NCBI GenBank assembly: GCA_035946615.1
Contig: DASYZB010000010.1
Coordinates: 5,235 to 69,234, forward strand
Direction: 5' to 3'
Origin: Verrucomicrobiia bacterium
Lineage (GTDB): Bacteria; Verrucomicrobiota; Verrucomicrobiia; Limisphaerales; UBA8199
DNA: 64,000 nucleotides
The notes below the pieces were generated by a model, which was given only the letters and a program-made list of their open reading frames with translations, had not been told where the DNA came from and made no database searches. Below, piece after piece: positions 19,171-29,894 of this stretch. Position numbers and translations under genes: made by a program. Numbering within the stretch: position 1 is the first letter of the stretch; every line of letters starts with the position of its first letter.

Positions 19171-20196
19171 TTATCTGATCTTCAAGTCATCCGGTCTAAC
19201 CCCGAGTTTAAAGCTTCCAAAGCCGAACCAGGTCGGATGGTAAGGGGCCACATAATCGACATTGGCTCTGGCGGGGACATCTAACCCGGTCGCCCAATAG
19301 CAGGCATTGACCAGCAAACGGCGCAAGCCCTCATTCTCGAGGTCCACCGCTGCGCCCATGGTGGTCACAAAAATTTTTGCGCTTTTCCCTTGCTCGCCTT
19401 CAAAGTGGCGCAGCCAGACCAGCGGCATCATCGGTGTGTTTTTAGGCCCAAGCACAGGCGGGTCCGTTGGATGCATGCCCGACAGGACCTGGCCCCAAAT
19501 CAGAACGGTTGCATCGCTGGGCAGGTGCACGACCGTATAGACATCCGACGGGACCCAAATATCCGCCACCCCTCGTAGCAGGGGGTTGTCTTTGAACGAG
19601 TTGTTGATCACCCCGCGCGTGCTTTCCTTGCCATGCTCGCCGTGATGACTCACCCAGGTCTCGCCCAGCACCTGCCGCCCAAAACCGCCCGGCCATTGCT
19701 TGCTGCGCCAGTCGAATTTGGCATAAGGGCTTTGCTTGTTGTGCTCGTAGGCAAATGCGTGGGTGCTGGTGCGTAGCGCGATGATGGCTTTGCCGGCATT
19801 CAGGTAATCGACGAAATGCTTCATTTGCTCGTCAGGCAGTTCCCGGAATCGCAACGCCATCACACATAAGTCCGCAGAATCAAGAGCTTCGAGTCCTGGG
19901 ATATTTGTCAGCGTAATGGGATCGATTGTGCCATTAGGCCCGATCGGAAATAAAACGGTGCACTTGAACCCGTGGCGGACGGCAAGGATTTCCGCCAGCA
20001 TCGGCAGGCTTTCTTCCGAGCGATACTCTTCATCACCCGATAGAAAAACGATTCGCTTCCCCTGTCCGGGCCCTGGCTTGCCCTGGTACACCACCCAATC
20101 GGTTGCCCAGGCTCGGCTCAGGACCACGGAGGGGAGAAAGCCCGCAATTAACACCAAGCTCAATGAGATGTTCATGCGGATAGCATTGGCGGACAT
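19171..20196 (-). CDS. ThuA-like (class I glutamine-amidotransferase-like) domain protein, secreted
   Basis: A signal peptide follows the internal start MSANAIRMNISLSLVL. The ThuA-type pattern KRIVFLSGDEEY...ALRTSTHAF is present. Confidence 0.55.
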   Translation of the reverse strand: MSANAIRMNISLSLVLIAGFLPSVVLSRAWATDWVVYQGKPGPGQGKRIVFLSGDEEYRSEESLPMLAEILAVRHGFKCTVLFPIGPNGTIDPITLTNIPGLEALDSADLCVMALRFRELPDEQMKHFVDYLNAGKAIIALRTSTHAFAYEHNKQSPYAKFDWRSKQWPGGFGRQVLGETWVSHHGEHGKESTRGVINNSFKDNPLLRGVADIWVPSDVYTVVHLPSDATVLIWGQVLSGMHPTDPPVLGPKNTPMMPLVWLRHFEGEQGKSAKIFVTTMGAAVDLENEGLRRLLVNACYWATGLDVPARANVDYVAPYHPTWFGFGSFKLGVRPDDLKIR

Positions 20197-20611
20197 AGCA
20201 CCCCTGACAACCTCAAACGCACTGAACCGGGTGGAGGCAACGTGGTAGTGGGTCTCGCGGCTGCCTCGTTGCCAACCAGGCTTGCCAGTCTGTAAAACCC
20301 CGGGAATTCTTTCCCGGGAATCACCGGGGACACGACCCGGCGCAGCCCTGATTGTGAAGGCCCTCTCTTGCGGCAAACTAGGCATCAAGAATTTACAGGT
20401 ACTTAAAGGCAAGGGAACCGGGACCAAGCTGGTCTCGGGTTGAAAGACTGGAGCTGGCCGCTGCGTCGTGAACGGCATTTGGGATTACGGGCCGTTGACG
20501 CCAGCGGCCAGTTCATGTCTTCTTCATGCTGGTTAAGCGCGGTTTGGCCAACCAACAGGCTTGTGAACCAGTTCAGAACCCTGTTTCATAGCTGCGATTA
20601 CTGTGGTTTAG

Positions 20612-22099
20612 ATGAATCGCTCAGCGTGTTGCTGTCTTTGGGCTGCCCTGTTGTTGGCTGCTGGCATTTCCCGCCCGGCCAAGGCTGCAGATCACCTTGA
20701 CCAAATCCGCTCGCGGGGGGTGTTGCGGTGGGGGGCTGATGCCGAAGCCGGCGCCCCTTATGTTTATCCCGATCCGCAGAATCCCGAGCGGTTGATTGGC
20801 TTCGAATATGAGCTCGCAGACGCCCTGGCGGCCAGGCTGGGGGTCAAAGCCAGCATGGTCCAGAACCAATGGGACCAACTTATCCCGGCGCTGGACCGGG
20901 GCAACTTCGACATCATTCTCAACGGTTTGGAGCTGACGCCGGAAAACCAGCAGCGCATTGCCATGAGCCGGCCCTATTACGCCTACGCCCAGCAGATCGT
21001 TGTCCGCAGGGAGACGGAGGGCCTGGCCCACCTGGAAGACCTCAAGGGCAGAGCGGTGGGCGTGCTCTCCGGTTCGGCGGCCGAGCGGTTGCTTAAAGCA
21101 CAACCAGGCGCGGATTGGAAAAGCTACCCGGGCAATGTCGAGAGCTTCCAGGACCTCAAGAACCGGCGGATTGACGCGGTGGTCCTCGATTTGCCCATTG
21201 CGTTGTACTACGGCCAGTCGGAGCCGGCGCTCAAGTTTGCCGGCCAGCCGTTTGCGCCCGGCTATTATGCCATCGGCGTGCTGAAGCAGGATACAAATCT
21301 GCTGGCTGCGCTCAACCTGGCCATTAAGCAACTCGTCGCCGACCACACCCTGGAACGGATTTACCGCAAATACGGTTTGTGGGATGGCCGGCAGGATTGC
21401 TTGACAGATTTCCAAGCGGCCGCGCCGGTGGCCTCAAGACCAGGACCGAGTCTTCGCCAGCGTCTGGGTTACGTGCCGTTGCTGCTCAAGGCAGCGGTAG
21501 TTACGGCCGAGCTTTCCGTGCTCTCAATGGCCCTGGCAGTGGTTGCCGGCCTGGTCATTGTGCTTTTGCGGCTCTACGGGCTTGGCCCGATTAAGTGGCT
21601 GGCTAAAGGCTACGTCGAGGTGATTCGCGGCACGCCTTTGCTGATTCAGCTTTTCCTGATTTATTATGGCCTGCCCGAATTGGGCATTCGCATGAATGCC
21701 TTTTGCGCGGCTATTGTTGGGCTTGGCTTGAATTACGCCGCCAACGAGGCCGAGAACTACCGCGCGGGCATTCTAGCCATTCCCCACGGCCAAACGGAAG
21801 CCGCACTGGCTTTGGGAATGACGCGCTGGCAGACCTTGCGCCAGGTGGTGCTGCCGCAAGCGGCCTGCGTGGTCCTCCCGCCGGTCACGAATGATTTTAT
21901 CGCCATGTTCAAGGATACCTCGATTGTTTCGGTCATCACCATGGTCGAATTAACCAAGGAATACGGGATGCTGGCCGCCTCCAATTCCGATTACATTGTG
22001 GTGGGCCTGATGACAGCGGGGATTTATTTTGGCTTGAGCTACCCGGCCTCGATTTTCGCCAACCGGTTGGAAATCAAGTTGCGCCATGATCCTCGTTGA
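20612..22099 (+). CDS. Amino-acid ABC transporter, fused substrate-binding and permease protein
   Basis: The N-terminus is a family-3 SBP ([15 protein letters not shown]). The C-terminus is a His/Glu/Gln/Arg-type permease with an EAA loop ([26 protein letters not shown]). Confidence 0.85.
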   Translation: MNRSACCCLWAALLLAAGISRPAKAADHLDQIRSRGVLRWGADAEAGAPYVYPDPQNPERLIGFEYELADALAARLGVKASMVQNQWDQLIPALDRGNFDIILNGLELTPENQQRIAMSRPYYAYAQQIVVRRETEGLAHLEDLKGRAVGVLSGSAAERLLKAQPGADWKSYPGNVESFQDLKNRRIDAVVLDLPIALYYGQSEPALKFAGQPFAPGYYAIGVLKQDTNLLAALNLAIKQLVADHTLERIYRKYGLWDGRQDCLTDFQAAAPVASRPGPSLRQRLGYVPLLLKAAVVTAELSVLSMALAVVAGLVIVLLRLYGLGPIKWLAKGYVEVIRGTPLLIQLFLIYYGLPELGIRMNAFCAAIVGLGLNYAANEAENYRAGILAIPHGQTEAALALGMTRWQTLRQVVLPQAACVVLPPVTNDFIAMFKDTSIVSVITMVELTKEYGMLAASNSDYIVVGLMTAGIYFGLSYPASIFANRLEIKLRHDPR

Positions 22100-22844
22100 A
22101 CAACTGATTAAATCGTATCATTCACTGCGCGTGCTGCACGGGATCGATCACAACCAGCAGCGCGGCGAGGCGGTGGTGTTGATTGGACCAAGCGGCTGCG
22201 GCAAGAGCACCTTTTTGCGCTGCCTCAACCAGCTTGAACCAGCCGATTCGGGTCGCATCACCATTGATGGGGTGACCATCGAAGGCGGAAGCGTCCCGCG
22301 CACCAGCCAGGACCGGGAGCAACAGCGCCAGTTACGGCTGCGGGCCGGGATGGTCTTTCAATCCTTTAACCTCTTTCCGCACCTGACGGCGCTGCAAAAT
22401 GTCATGCTGGCGCCCGTGGTTGTTAAAGAGACGCCGGGTGCGGAGGCCGAAGCGTTGGCCCTGGCGCTGCTCAAGAAGGTCGGCCTGGAAAGCAAAACCG
22501 CCGCTTATCCTTCGCAGCTCTCAGGAGGCCAGCAGCAGCGGGTCGCCATTGCCCGTGCGCTGGCCATGGAACCCAAAGTCATGCTCTTCGACGAACCGAC
22601 CAGCGCCCTGGACCCGGAATTGCGCGGGGAGGTCTTGCGCGTGATGCGCCAACTCGCCGAGGAAGGCATGACCATGCTGGTAGTTACCCACGAAATGCAG
22701 TTCGCGCGGGATATGGCCGATAAGGTGGTATTTTTCGAGGCGGGCCGTGTGGCCGAAAGCGGTCCACCTGAACAAATCTTTTCGTGTCCCCAACAAGAGC
22801 GGACGCGGGAATTTGTTCGAAGGGTGAACATGCAAGATATATAA
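22086..22844 (+). CDS. Amino-acid ABC transporter ATP-binding protein
   Basis: Walker [10 protein letters not shown], signature [15 protein letters not shown] and Walker [12 protein letters not shown] are all present. Confidence 0.9.
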   Translation: MILVEQLIKSYHSLRVLHGIDHNQQRGEAVVLIGPSGCGKSTFLRCLNQLEPADSGRITIDGVTIEGGSVPRTSQDREQQRQLRLRAGMVFQSFNLFPHLTALQNVMLAPVVVKETPGAEAEALALALLKKVGLESKTAAYPSQLSGGQQQRVAIARALAMEPKVMLFDEPTSALDPELRGEVLRVMRQLAEEGMTMLVVTHEMQFARDMADKVVFFEAGRVAESGPPEQIFSCPQQERTREFVRRVNMQDI

Positions 22845-22864
22845 ACGGGGCTGAGGAAAGGGCC

Positions 22865-22989
22865 GGTTCCAAACCTTCGTAGGAGACGACGTGAAGAGTC
22901 GAGTCTCTGATCAAGATGGTCTGCTGGCCGCTGCCTTTGCTTCCGCCCGAACTTGCTGACCAGAGACTACTTACGTCGTCTCCTACACT
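22865..22989. repeat. Palindromic intergenic repeat, family A (copy 1)
   Basis: It shares GGTTCCAAACCTT...AGGAGACGACG...GAGTCTCTGATCAAGAT...CAGAGACT.CTTACGTCGTCTCCTACACT with 29248..29362. The two arms can pair into a long hairpin. Confidence 0.7.
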
Positions 22990-23009
22990 CGAGAGTGGTG
23001 GGTCGAAAA

Positions 23010-23927
23010 CTATTTGCCTTCCCCCAGCAGCCCCCGGCTGCGCATCCAGTCGGTGGCGCGCTGGGGCCAGGTGGTTACCAGATTTTTAGTCGAGCGTAAT
23101 CCGTAACCGTGGCCGCCCGTTGGATAGACGTGCAACTCGAAGGGGACGCGCGCCTTTCGCAGGGCGGCGGCGTAGAAAAGCACGTTCTCTACCCGAACCG
23201 GGTCGTCGGCTGCCATCACCAGGAAAGCGGGCGGAGTATTGCCGTTCAATGTGAGTTCCGGGGCGACACGGTCATCTTGGTCTTTCACGGTAAGGTAGCC
23301 GGGATAAATGAGGAGGGTAAAGTCCGGTCGGCAACTGGTTGCGTCGGCATCATCCACCGCTGGATAAGTTCGTTGAGCGTATTGGCAGCCAACCAGGGCG
23401 GCCAGATGGCCTCCAGCCGAGAACCCCAGCACCCCGATGCGGTGCGGGTCAATGCCCCATGTGGTCGCCTGATGCCGCACCAAGCCCAGGGCGCGCTGTG
23501 CGTCCTGGACAGCAGCGGTGTGTTTCTCGAGGCCGGGGCGTTTGGGCACTCGATATTTCAAGAGAATGGCCGTCACGCCAATCGAATTGAGCCAGTCGCA
23601 GACCTCGGTGCCTTCCAGGTCCATGGCTAGAATCGAATAGCCGCCTCCAGGGCAAACCACCACCGCCGTGCCGGTTTGCTTGTCGGCTGGAGCCGGGTAA
23701 ACGGCAATGGTTGGAACGGACACGTTACCCAGCCGGATGACCTGCTTGCCGGCAACCAGGCCGTCGCCGGGCTTTGTGGTATCGTGTTCCTCGCCAAGAT
23801 TTCCAGTGTCTCCTGGGGCTGTGGCGGGCCAGAGCCGGATGACCTTTGCAGGTTCCGAAGCCGCGCAGGGAATCAGCACAACGAACAAGGGTGCCAGTAA
23901 AAGAAACCTTTTGGGGATGGCTATCAT
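23010..23927 (-). CDS. Alpha/beta hydrolase (acetyl-esterase/lipase-like), secreted
   Basis: Signal peptide, oxyanion motif CPGGGY and nucleophile elbow GFSAGGHLA. Confidence 0.75.
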   Translation of the reverse strand: MIAIPKRFLLLAPLFVVLIPCAASEPAKVIRLWPATAPGDTGNLGEEHDTTKPGDGLVAGKQVIRLGNVSVPTIAVYPAPADKQTGTAVVVCPGGGYSILAMDLEGTEVCDWLNSIGVTAILLKYRVPKRPGLEKHTAAVQDAQRALGLVRHQATTWGIDPHRIGVLGFSAGGHLAALVGCQYAQRTYPAVDDADATSCRPDFTLLIYPGYLTVKDQDDRVAPELTLNGNTPPAFLVMAADDPVRVENVLFYAAALRKARVPFELHVYPTGGHGYGLRSTKNLVTTWPQRATDWMRSRGLLGEGK

Positions 23928-24004
23928 GAGCGCAGCAAACCGCCTGCGATTGGCGAAGTCAAGCCTGGCGCATTAAGCTGTGAAGGTTCGCCCCTGGGCG
24001 CGGG

Positions 24005-24140
24005 GCGCCGGTCGGTTACTGCGTAGGCGCGCCAGAGCCCGCAACGCCAACGGCGTCCCTCATACCAGGCCACGGCAGCGCCGTGGGAACACGGGCGTGC
24101 AGGTGAATAGTCGCAGGCCAACGGCCTGACTTATAGAGCC
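24005..24140 (-). repeat. Hairpin-rich intergenic repeat, family B (copy 1)
   Basis: The reverse complement aligns with 48561..48700 (GGCCGTTGGCCTGC..CACCTGCAC..TTCCCACGGCG.TGCCGTGG.CTGGTATGAGGGACG). Confidence 0.6.
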
Positions 24141-24161
24141 CTTTACGGGGAGGATGGTGGG

Positions 24162-24440
24162 ATGGACTACACGCAGAGGGACCCCTCTCCCCGACCCTCT
24201 CCCCTTCGGAAGGGGGAAGAAGCCCAAAAGAGCGCCCGGTTGGCGCTGGTGGCCCAGGTTGGCGCGGCCTATCTCACCGAACGGGAGGTGAGCGAAGAGC
24301 TTGACGCGGCAGGGCAATCGTTGAAAGCAGCGCAGCAAATTTATGATCTGACTAAACGCGGTTTTGAGGCCGGCGTTCTCTCCCAAATCGACCTGAACAA
24401 TTCAATCAACCTTTAGCAGGCGCTGGGCGTCGGGTGGAAG
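24162..24440 (+). pseudogene. Remnant of the C-terminus of an RND-efflux outer-membrane factor (NodT/TolC family)
   Basis: Only the last ~90 codons remain (ARLALVAQVGAAYLTERE...). An in-frame TAG at 24414 precedes the family-typical tail QALGVGW. There is no N-terminal part. Confidence 0.6.
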
Positions 24441-24512
24441 GAATTCTCGACTCCAAGTCAGCCGCCGGAGGCCTCGACGAAATTAAAAAATGGCCGTTAG
24501 GCATCACTTCAA

Positions 24513-25652
24513 TCATTTGCGTCCCAGGCCGAATTGATCCCCGGCGCGAACGGGCTGGCCATCGGCAAAGTCAATCTCCAGCAACTTTTCGCTCTGCACA
24601 TCGGCGCCGTGCTCATCTTTGAGCTCCGCAACGATTTTGCGGCCGGCGGTCTCAATGACGTCGCCGGTGGATGGATAAGCATATTGGCCGTCGATGGTGA
24701 AGGTGACCCAGCCCGGTTCGTCGCGCAGCAGGATGCTTTGGATTTGCTTGGGTGGCATGGCGGTCGCATCGAAAAGATGAAGGCGGCGGTTAAATGAATC
24801 ACACAGCCAGATTTCCTTCTCGTCGGGAGTAAGGCCAATGCCATGGCTGGGACAGCCGTGGCGCTTGGTCGGCCCCGTCTTGAACCCTTGGACCTGGACG
24901 CGGCAAAGCATCTTGCCAGTCACCAGGTCGCCAACCTCGAACCCGAGCAACTCGTTGACGTTCACAAAACAGAGTGTCCCCCGGGCGTTGACGGTGAAGG
25001 GGCGAATGACGTTGCTGAAAGGGCCCTCCACGCTCGTGATGGTGTGGGTTTTGGTTTCAGCGATGCGGAGCAGTGGCGATTTGAGCCCGGCCAGATAAGC
25101 GTGGCGGCCATCCGCGGCGTAGATGGTGTTATGGGCGCCGGAGCCCGGTTCGAGACGTTTGATAACCGCTCCGGAAAGGGCATCGACCACGTTCCAGTGG
25201 GCTTGTTCGAGAGAGGGCAAGTAGATGACTTTGCCATCCGGGGCTAAGGCCAGGCGATCGCATCCGCCCTGGTATGGTTTTTCCCAGAGCACCTTTTCGG
25301 TGAGCAGGTCCAGGCAGCTCAGGGTGCGGGTGGTGGTAATATATAAGCGCCTGGTGCCGGCATTTGCTGCAATGCCTTTTACGTTGAGCGGCTTGCCGTT
25401 GGCATCGAGTCCGCCGAACGCGATGCGTTTGACGAACCGATGACCGTGGTCGATGTCGAACACCAAAACCCCATGCCCGCCGTATTCGAGATAATCGCGA
25501 ATCCCCGGCGCGCCCACATAAAGCAGCCGTTGAGTGGCAGCGGGAGGCGGTTCAGCGGCGGCCACAATCCCAAACCAGAAGAGCAAGGGCAAACCAACCT
25601 TGAGCAGGGCAGGGGAGAACAGGCTGGAAAAGACGTGAGCGGGTCGGTGCAT
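24513..25652 (-). CDS. Secreted beta-propeller protein (YncE/lactonase-like repeats)
   Basis: A signal peptide is followed by repeated beta-strand blades (LYVGAPG, RLYITT, HAYLAGL, WLCD). Confidence 0.5.
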   Translation of the reverse strand: MHRPAHVFSSLFSPALLKVGLPLLFWFGIVAAAEPPPAATQRLLYVGAPGIRDYLEYGGHGVLVFDIDHGHRFVKRIAFGGLDANGKPLNVKGIAANAGTRRLYITTTRTLSCLDLLTEKVLWEKPYQGGCDRLALAPDGKVIYLPSLEQAHWNVVDALSGAVIKRLEPGSGAHNTIYAADGRHAYLAGLKSPLLRIAETKTHTITSVEGPFSNVIRPFTVNARGTLCFVNVNELLGFEVGDLVTGKMLCRVQVQGFKTGPTKRHGCPSHGIGLTPDEKEIWLCDSFNRRLHLFDATAMPPKQIQSILLRDEPGWVTFTIDGQYAYPSTGDVIETAGRKIVAELKDEHGADVQSEKLLEIDFADGQPVRAGDQFGLGRK

Positions 25653-25663
25653 CAAAACACGCA

Positions 25664-28600
25664 CTAAGGGGCGAAGTCAACTTTCAGGGACAAGGGGGCA
25701 AACGGCTTGATGGGCGCTTTGATGGTTTTGCCATGCTCTCGAAGATTGCGCTGAGCGGTCTCGACGAGATTACAGGCGACCACCGCGCGAGCCGGTTTGG
25801 GCAGCAGCAGTTTCGCCGTCCCGCCCGCGCCGGCATAATCGCAGCAACGGAAAACAAAGCCGTCTTTATCCTCGGCTTCTTTGATAGTCGTGAGCGGCAA
25901 ACCCACCGGCTTGATTTCAACCAACGATTTGGCTACCGCCGCAATGACAGGCTTCTGTCCGTCCCTGGAAAGTTCCGGGGCCAGCGCTGCCCTGGCCACG
26001 GGTGGACAAAACATATCCCAGCCTTTGACAACAGCATCCCGTTTGACAAAGCCCCCCGCGCTGGAGGTCAGCGAATAGCGGAAGACGAAACGGCCGCCCT
26101 GCTGGGCCTTGTAATTGGTGTGCCAGTAATTGTTCATGATGTAGGCAAAAACGTGGCCATGGCGCAGCGAAAGCTCACGCGGCCAGGTCGAGGCCGTCAT
26201 GTGGCCCAATGTGAAGAGAGGCGCATCCAGTGGTGAAAGCTCGACGGTGTCTGCGCCGTCGGAAACAGCCAGCCAGCGCTGGACAGAATACCAGTCGCGG
26301 CAGGCAGAGGCGTGCTGGTCCTTGAGCGGTTCGGTGATTTCATCCGGATATTCGAGCCATAAACCGCCTTTGTTTGCGTCGAACGCAAACGGGAAAGCCA
26401 GATAGACGGCCTCCTTATTGAGCGTTTCTGTCTTGTCCAGTTCGTAAATCAAATCCAACTGCTTCAACCCGCGGTAAAGGCGGACGCGCACTGTGATCTT
26501 GGGAAAGTTCTCCGTTGTCGCCTCGCTGTCCAGTTCGCCAAAAACCGGTCCGTTGATGGATTTGATCCCGGTTCCGGTCTGCCGATGATACTCAAATTTT
26601 GGCGGCGGCAAATTGTTCAAATCGGAGTGGACCGCATAAGTGCCTTCGCCGCCCGTGACGTAAATCAACTCGCCGAGATCGAACTGGCGCTGGGCATCCA
26701 CCAGTTCGCGGCGCAGTTGCTTGTCGTAAATGGACTGGATGCCGCCGGTCTTGGGATTGAGTGTGACGCGGTAAAATTCGTTTTCCATTTGAGCGCCGGA
26801 GATTTGAACGGCGTCCGGCCCAGGGGCTGACACTGCCGCAACGCGATAGGAGCGATAGCCGACGGAAGGCAGATTCTCCGCGACGAAGCAGTTTCCGCCT
26901 TCAGGCAGCGGTTGGGAGGGGAGTATTTTCCCTGTTTCGATGTCCTGCACCGGGCTGGTCGTTTCCGTTTTCACGACGGCTTTGCGCGGCCAGGCCAGGG
27001 AGTTAAAGACAAGCAAGTCCGCCGGGGGAACCATGGCGGCGAGCCTGGCCAAGCCGGAATTTAACAGCGCGCGCGACTCGTCGTCGGATTGGCGCGCAAA
27101 GGAACTCTTTACTTCCCATTGTTGGACGGTTTGCTCGGAGTTTGGGCTGGAGATGCTGCCGGCCGCGCCCCAAGTATGCTCGTTGTAGAGCAGAACGTCC
27201 TGCCAAACCTCGTCGAAATTGGTTTTAGGATAAGCGGCGCGGGTCATGAGGCTAGCCAGTGAATGCAGCATCTCGGCGGTTACGGCGCGCTCCTCTGCCC
27301 GGCGGGACAGGGTAGTTTCCAGGGCGCTGGAACCGGCGCCGTCCTCCCACCAGCCGCCAAAGTCGGTTTTGATGACGGGAATATCATTGGAAAAATTCTT
27401 CTCGATATAGCCGAAAAAATCTTCGGGCTGGGCAAGAATCAGTTTTGGGTAGTCCCATTGGGCGTTCCAATCCTCAACGACCTTGGGCAGCCACGGTTCG
27501 ACCGACCGATTGTCGCTGAAGCTGCCGTTGAGCAGAGCGGCGTCATAGGGATAATTGGTTGTTTCAAAACGGGCCAGGAACGGGGGCAATTGCTCGCTGG
27601 CGCGGGTGACGCTGGGCACCAAGTTGCCGGCCGCGCCGTAACCGGGGCGGGTGGTGATGTCAGCCAGCACGCGCGAGCCGTCGGCGCCTTCCCAGTAAAA
27701 TGGATTGGGCACTTGGCCTGCGTAAGGGGCGCGGTCGTTGTTGGCGCCTTCGATGAAATAGCGGATGCCGGAATTGGCGAGCACCATGGGCAGAGTGCCA
27801 ATGGCGGAGGGGACGTCGTCGAGGATGACCGAGTTCAACTGGCAACCAGCGCGGTTGGCGAGGTTGCGTGAGGCCAGCGTCAGCCGGTTGAGGGCCTCCG
27901 AGGAGCAAAGCCCGGTGAGCATGTTGGCGTAATCGCCGGAAAGGCCCCAGCGCTTCTGGCGCAGGCGTTCGAAGACGGCGTCGGTCTTTTCAGAATGCAA
28001 CTGCAACAAGGCGTCGAGTTGCCAATAGGTCTCGGAGTACCATTTGAAAAATGGGTATTGGTCGAGCAACTCGAGCGCGCGCAGGCCATTGTCGGCATGG
28101 CGGGTGCGGACGCGTTCCTGAAGGTCGGTGTAGCCGACGTCGGTATGGACTGTGGGCACGATGAACAGACGCCATTTTTTTGCCGGAGGCAACAGGAGCG
28201 GCAACTGGATTTGGCGCCGGGCCGCTTTGAGGGTCAGCTCAAGCTGGGCAACGACCGGGACAGCGATGAGCAAATCATTCTGGCCGAAGCGCAGATCAAA
28301 TTTTTGGGAACCGGAAAAGCTCTTGGAAGTCCAAGCCAATTCCGCCGGAGCTGTGCCGGCCTCGAGGTTATCAATTGAGACTTTCACCGCGCGTTGAAGT
28401 CCCTGCGGCGCGCGTTTGAAAAAGGGCAGGGGCTCGGTGGTGAGGCTTAAGGTCTGGGCGGGGGCGGGGAGGCCGCTTTCGAGCCGGAGGTCGTCGAACA
28501 GCGCCCAGCTTCCCTCGCGCGTGGTCAAGGCGATGGTGTTGTCACCGGGGCGCAGGAGCAGGGCCGGAAAGAGTTCCTGAATGGAACAATTTTTCCCTGC

Positions 28601-29035
28601 TTTGGGGTCGGACAGGGCATCGTCGCTGCTGCCTCGAGGCAGTCTGCGCTGGATTTTTTCGCCATTGATGTCGATGACCAGGCGGGGCGGAGCCGCGGCG
28701 TGGGTGCTAACGAAGTCAATGACCAGGCGGTAGTAGCCGGAAGAAAGTTGGGGGATTTGAAAATGGATTTTGAAGGTGTGGTTATGGCGGCCAGCCCAGG
28801 CGTCTGCAGGTCCCGGCAAGATGTAGGGCCAGTCTTGCTTCGGATCGCTGCGGCCCGCCACAAAGTCGGCATCATGGGGAAACTGTTTTATGTACTCGGC
28901 CCAATTCCCGGCGATAGCAAATTCCCGGTAGTCGCTGTCCGGCACACCGATTTGAAAGACCACCTGGTTTTGTTGGGCGCCAATGGAGCAGGCCCAGGCG
29001 CAGCAAAGGAGAACGGGCAAGAGTATTTTCTTCAC
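25664..29035 (-). CDS. GH38-like glycoside hydrolase (alpha-mannosidase family) with an N-terminal carbohydrate-binding-like domain
   Basis: Probable GTG start giving the signal peptide VKKILLPVLLCCAWA. The GH38 N-domain-like LFIVPTVHTDVGYTD is present in a large multidomain protein. Confidence 0.6.
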   Translation of the reverse strand: MKKILLPVLLCCAWACSIGAQQNQVVFQIGVPDSDYREFAIAGNWAEYIKQFPHDADFVAGRSDPKQDWPYILPGPADAWAGRHNHTFKIHFQIPQLSSGYYRLVIDFVSTHAAAPPRLVIDINGEKIQRRLPRGSSDDALSDPKAGKNCSIQELFPALLLRPGDNTIALTTREGSWALFDDLRLESGLPAPAQTLSLTTEPLPFFKRAPQGLQRAVKVSIDNLEAGTAPAELAWTSKSFSGSQKFDLRFGQNDLLIAVPVVAQLELTLKAARRQIQLPLLLPPAKKWRLFIVPTVHTDVGYTDLQERVRTRHADNGLRALELLDQYPFFKWYSETYWQLDALLQLHSEKTDAVFERLRQKRWGLSGDYANMLTGLCSSEALNRLTLASRNLANRAGCQLNSVILDDVPSAIGTLPMVLANSGIRYFIEGANNDRAPYAGQVPNPFYWEGADGSRVLADITTRPGYGAAGNLVPSVTRASEQLPPFLARFETTNYPYDAALLNGSFSDNRSVEPWLPKVVEDWNAQWDYPKLILAQPEDFFGYIEKNFSNDIPVIKTDFGGWWEDGAGSSALETTLSRRAEERAVTAEMLHSLASLMTRAAYPKTNFDEVWQDVLLYNEHTWGAAGSISSPNSEQTVQQWEVKSSFARQSDDESRALLNSGLARLAAMVPPADLLVFNSLAWPRKAVVKTETTSPVQDIETGKILPSQPLPEGGNCFVAENLPSVGYRSYRVAAVSAPGPDAVQISGAQMENEFYRVTLNPKTGGIQSIYDKQLRRELVDAQRQFDLGELIYVTGGEGTYAVHSDLNNLPPPKFEYHRQTGTGIKSINGPVFGELDSEATTENFPKITVRVRLYRGLKQLDLIYELDKTETLNKEAVYLAFPFAFDANKGGLWLEYPDEITEPLKDQHASACRDWYSVQRWLAVSDGADTVELSPLDAPLFTLGHMTASTWPRELSLRHGHVFAYIMNNYWHTNYKAQQGGRFVFRYSLTSSAGGFVKRDAVVKGWDMFCPPVARAALAPELSRDGQKPVIAAVAKSLVEIKPVGLPLTTIKEAEDKDGFVFRCCDYAGAGGTAKLLLPKPARAVVACNLVETAQRNLREHGKTIKAPIKPFAPLSLKVDFAP

Positions 29036-29247
29036 GAATGTGCAGGGAGAATATGGGTTGAATTCGGCGGCGTCAAGAAAGGGCGCATTAGCCGCAAAAG
29101 AACGCAAAGATCAAGGGTCGGGGGAAATGGTTGAATTGAACGGAGGGAACGGAGGCATGGGGATGAGGCCATCGGGAATCGAAGTGGAGCGACGATTTCG
29201 ATGCCAGTTCGCGGCGTTAGGTCCCTCCAGGGCCAATGACCAAGGTC

Positions 29248-29362
29248 GGTTCCAAACCTTTGCAGGAGACGACGAAAGGAGTCTCTGATCAAGATTGTCA
29301 GTTGGCCGCCTTTGGTTCCGGGAAGTTGCTGATCAGAGACTCCTTACGTCGTCTCCTACACT
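29248..29362. repeat. Palindromic intergenic repeat, family A (copy 2)
   Basis: See 22865..22989. Confidence 0.7.
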
Positions 29363-29894
29363 TGGGATTTTAGAATTTTGCTTTGCGATTCTTGATTGAG
29401 GGACCGCAGATGACGCAAAGATTAACGCAGATGAATTGTGGATTTCAGAGGGGAGGAGCGCGAATTGGGGGGCGGGTTTTGGGAGTCTGAAAAAGGGACG
29501 AACACGGACGGAGGGCAAACGGCAGATGGCACACAGAGGGGCGGCGCGGCGCAGTCTGAAAAATCTAGGCATTCCGTGTTCCCGCAGCCCATCACTTGGA
29601 GGCGGACCGCAAAAGGGTTCTGGCGCTGGTCGAGGAGCGATTGGATTATTTCGAGCGCCGAAGGTGCGCAGGCGCGGCAAAAAAGGAGGGAGGCCCGTGA
29701 GCGCGGCTGGCGAAGCCTGTCTAAAGGGTCGAGTCAATGGAATGAGCGCGAAACCGGCAAAGCGAATGGGATCGAGAGGCTTTACGCTTCTTGAACTGTT
29801 TGGCGATGGACATGTGGTTCTGGTGAAGCGGACCGATTACCTATTCCCGCCGAGATTGCCAGCCAATTGCGCGCCCACACCGTGACACTTGGCC

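Noticed and set aside
22848-22872. GAGGAAAGGGCCGG, which resembles the RNase P RNA P4 region (GAGGAAAGTCCGGGC).
   Set aside because: The rest of the ~350-nt RNase P core is absent. The word is simply the left edge of a family A repeat.
29760-29885. A prepilin-type N-terminal methylation motif (RGFTLLEL) in track ORF 29436..29885.
   Set aside because: Only 8 residues match. The hydrophobic helix that should follow is missing, and the ORF is otherwise Arg/Gly-rich junk. At best it is a relic, so I did not annotate it as a feature.
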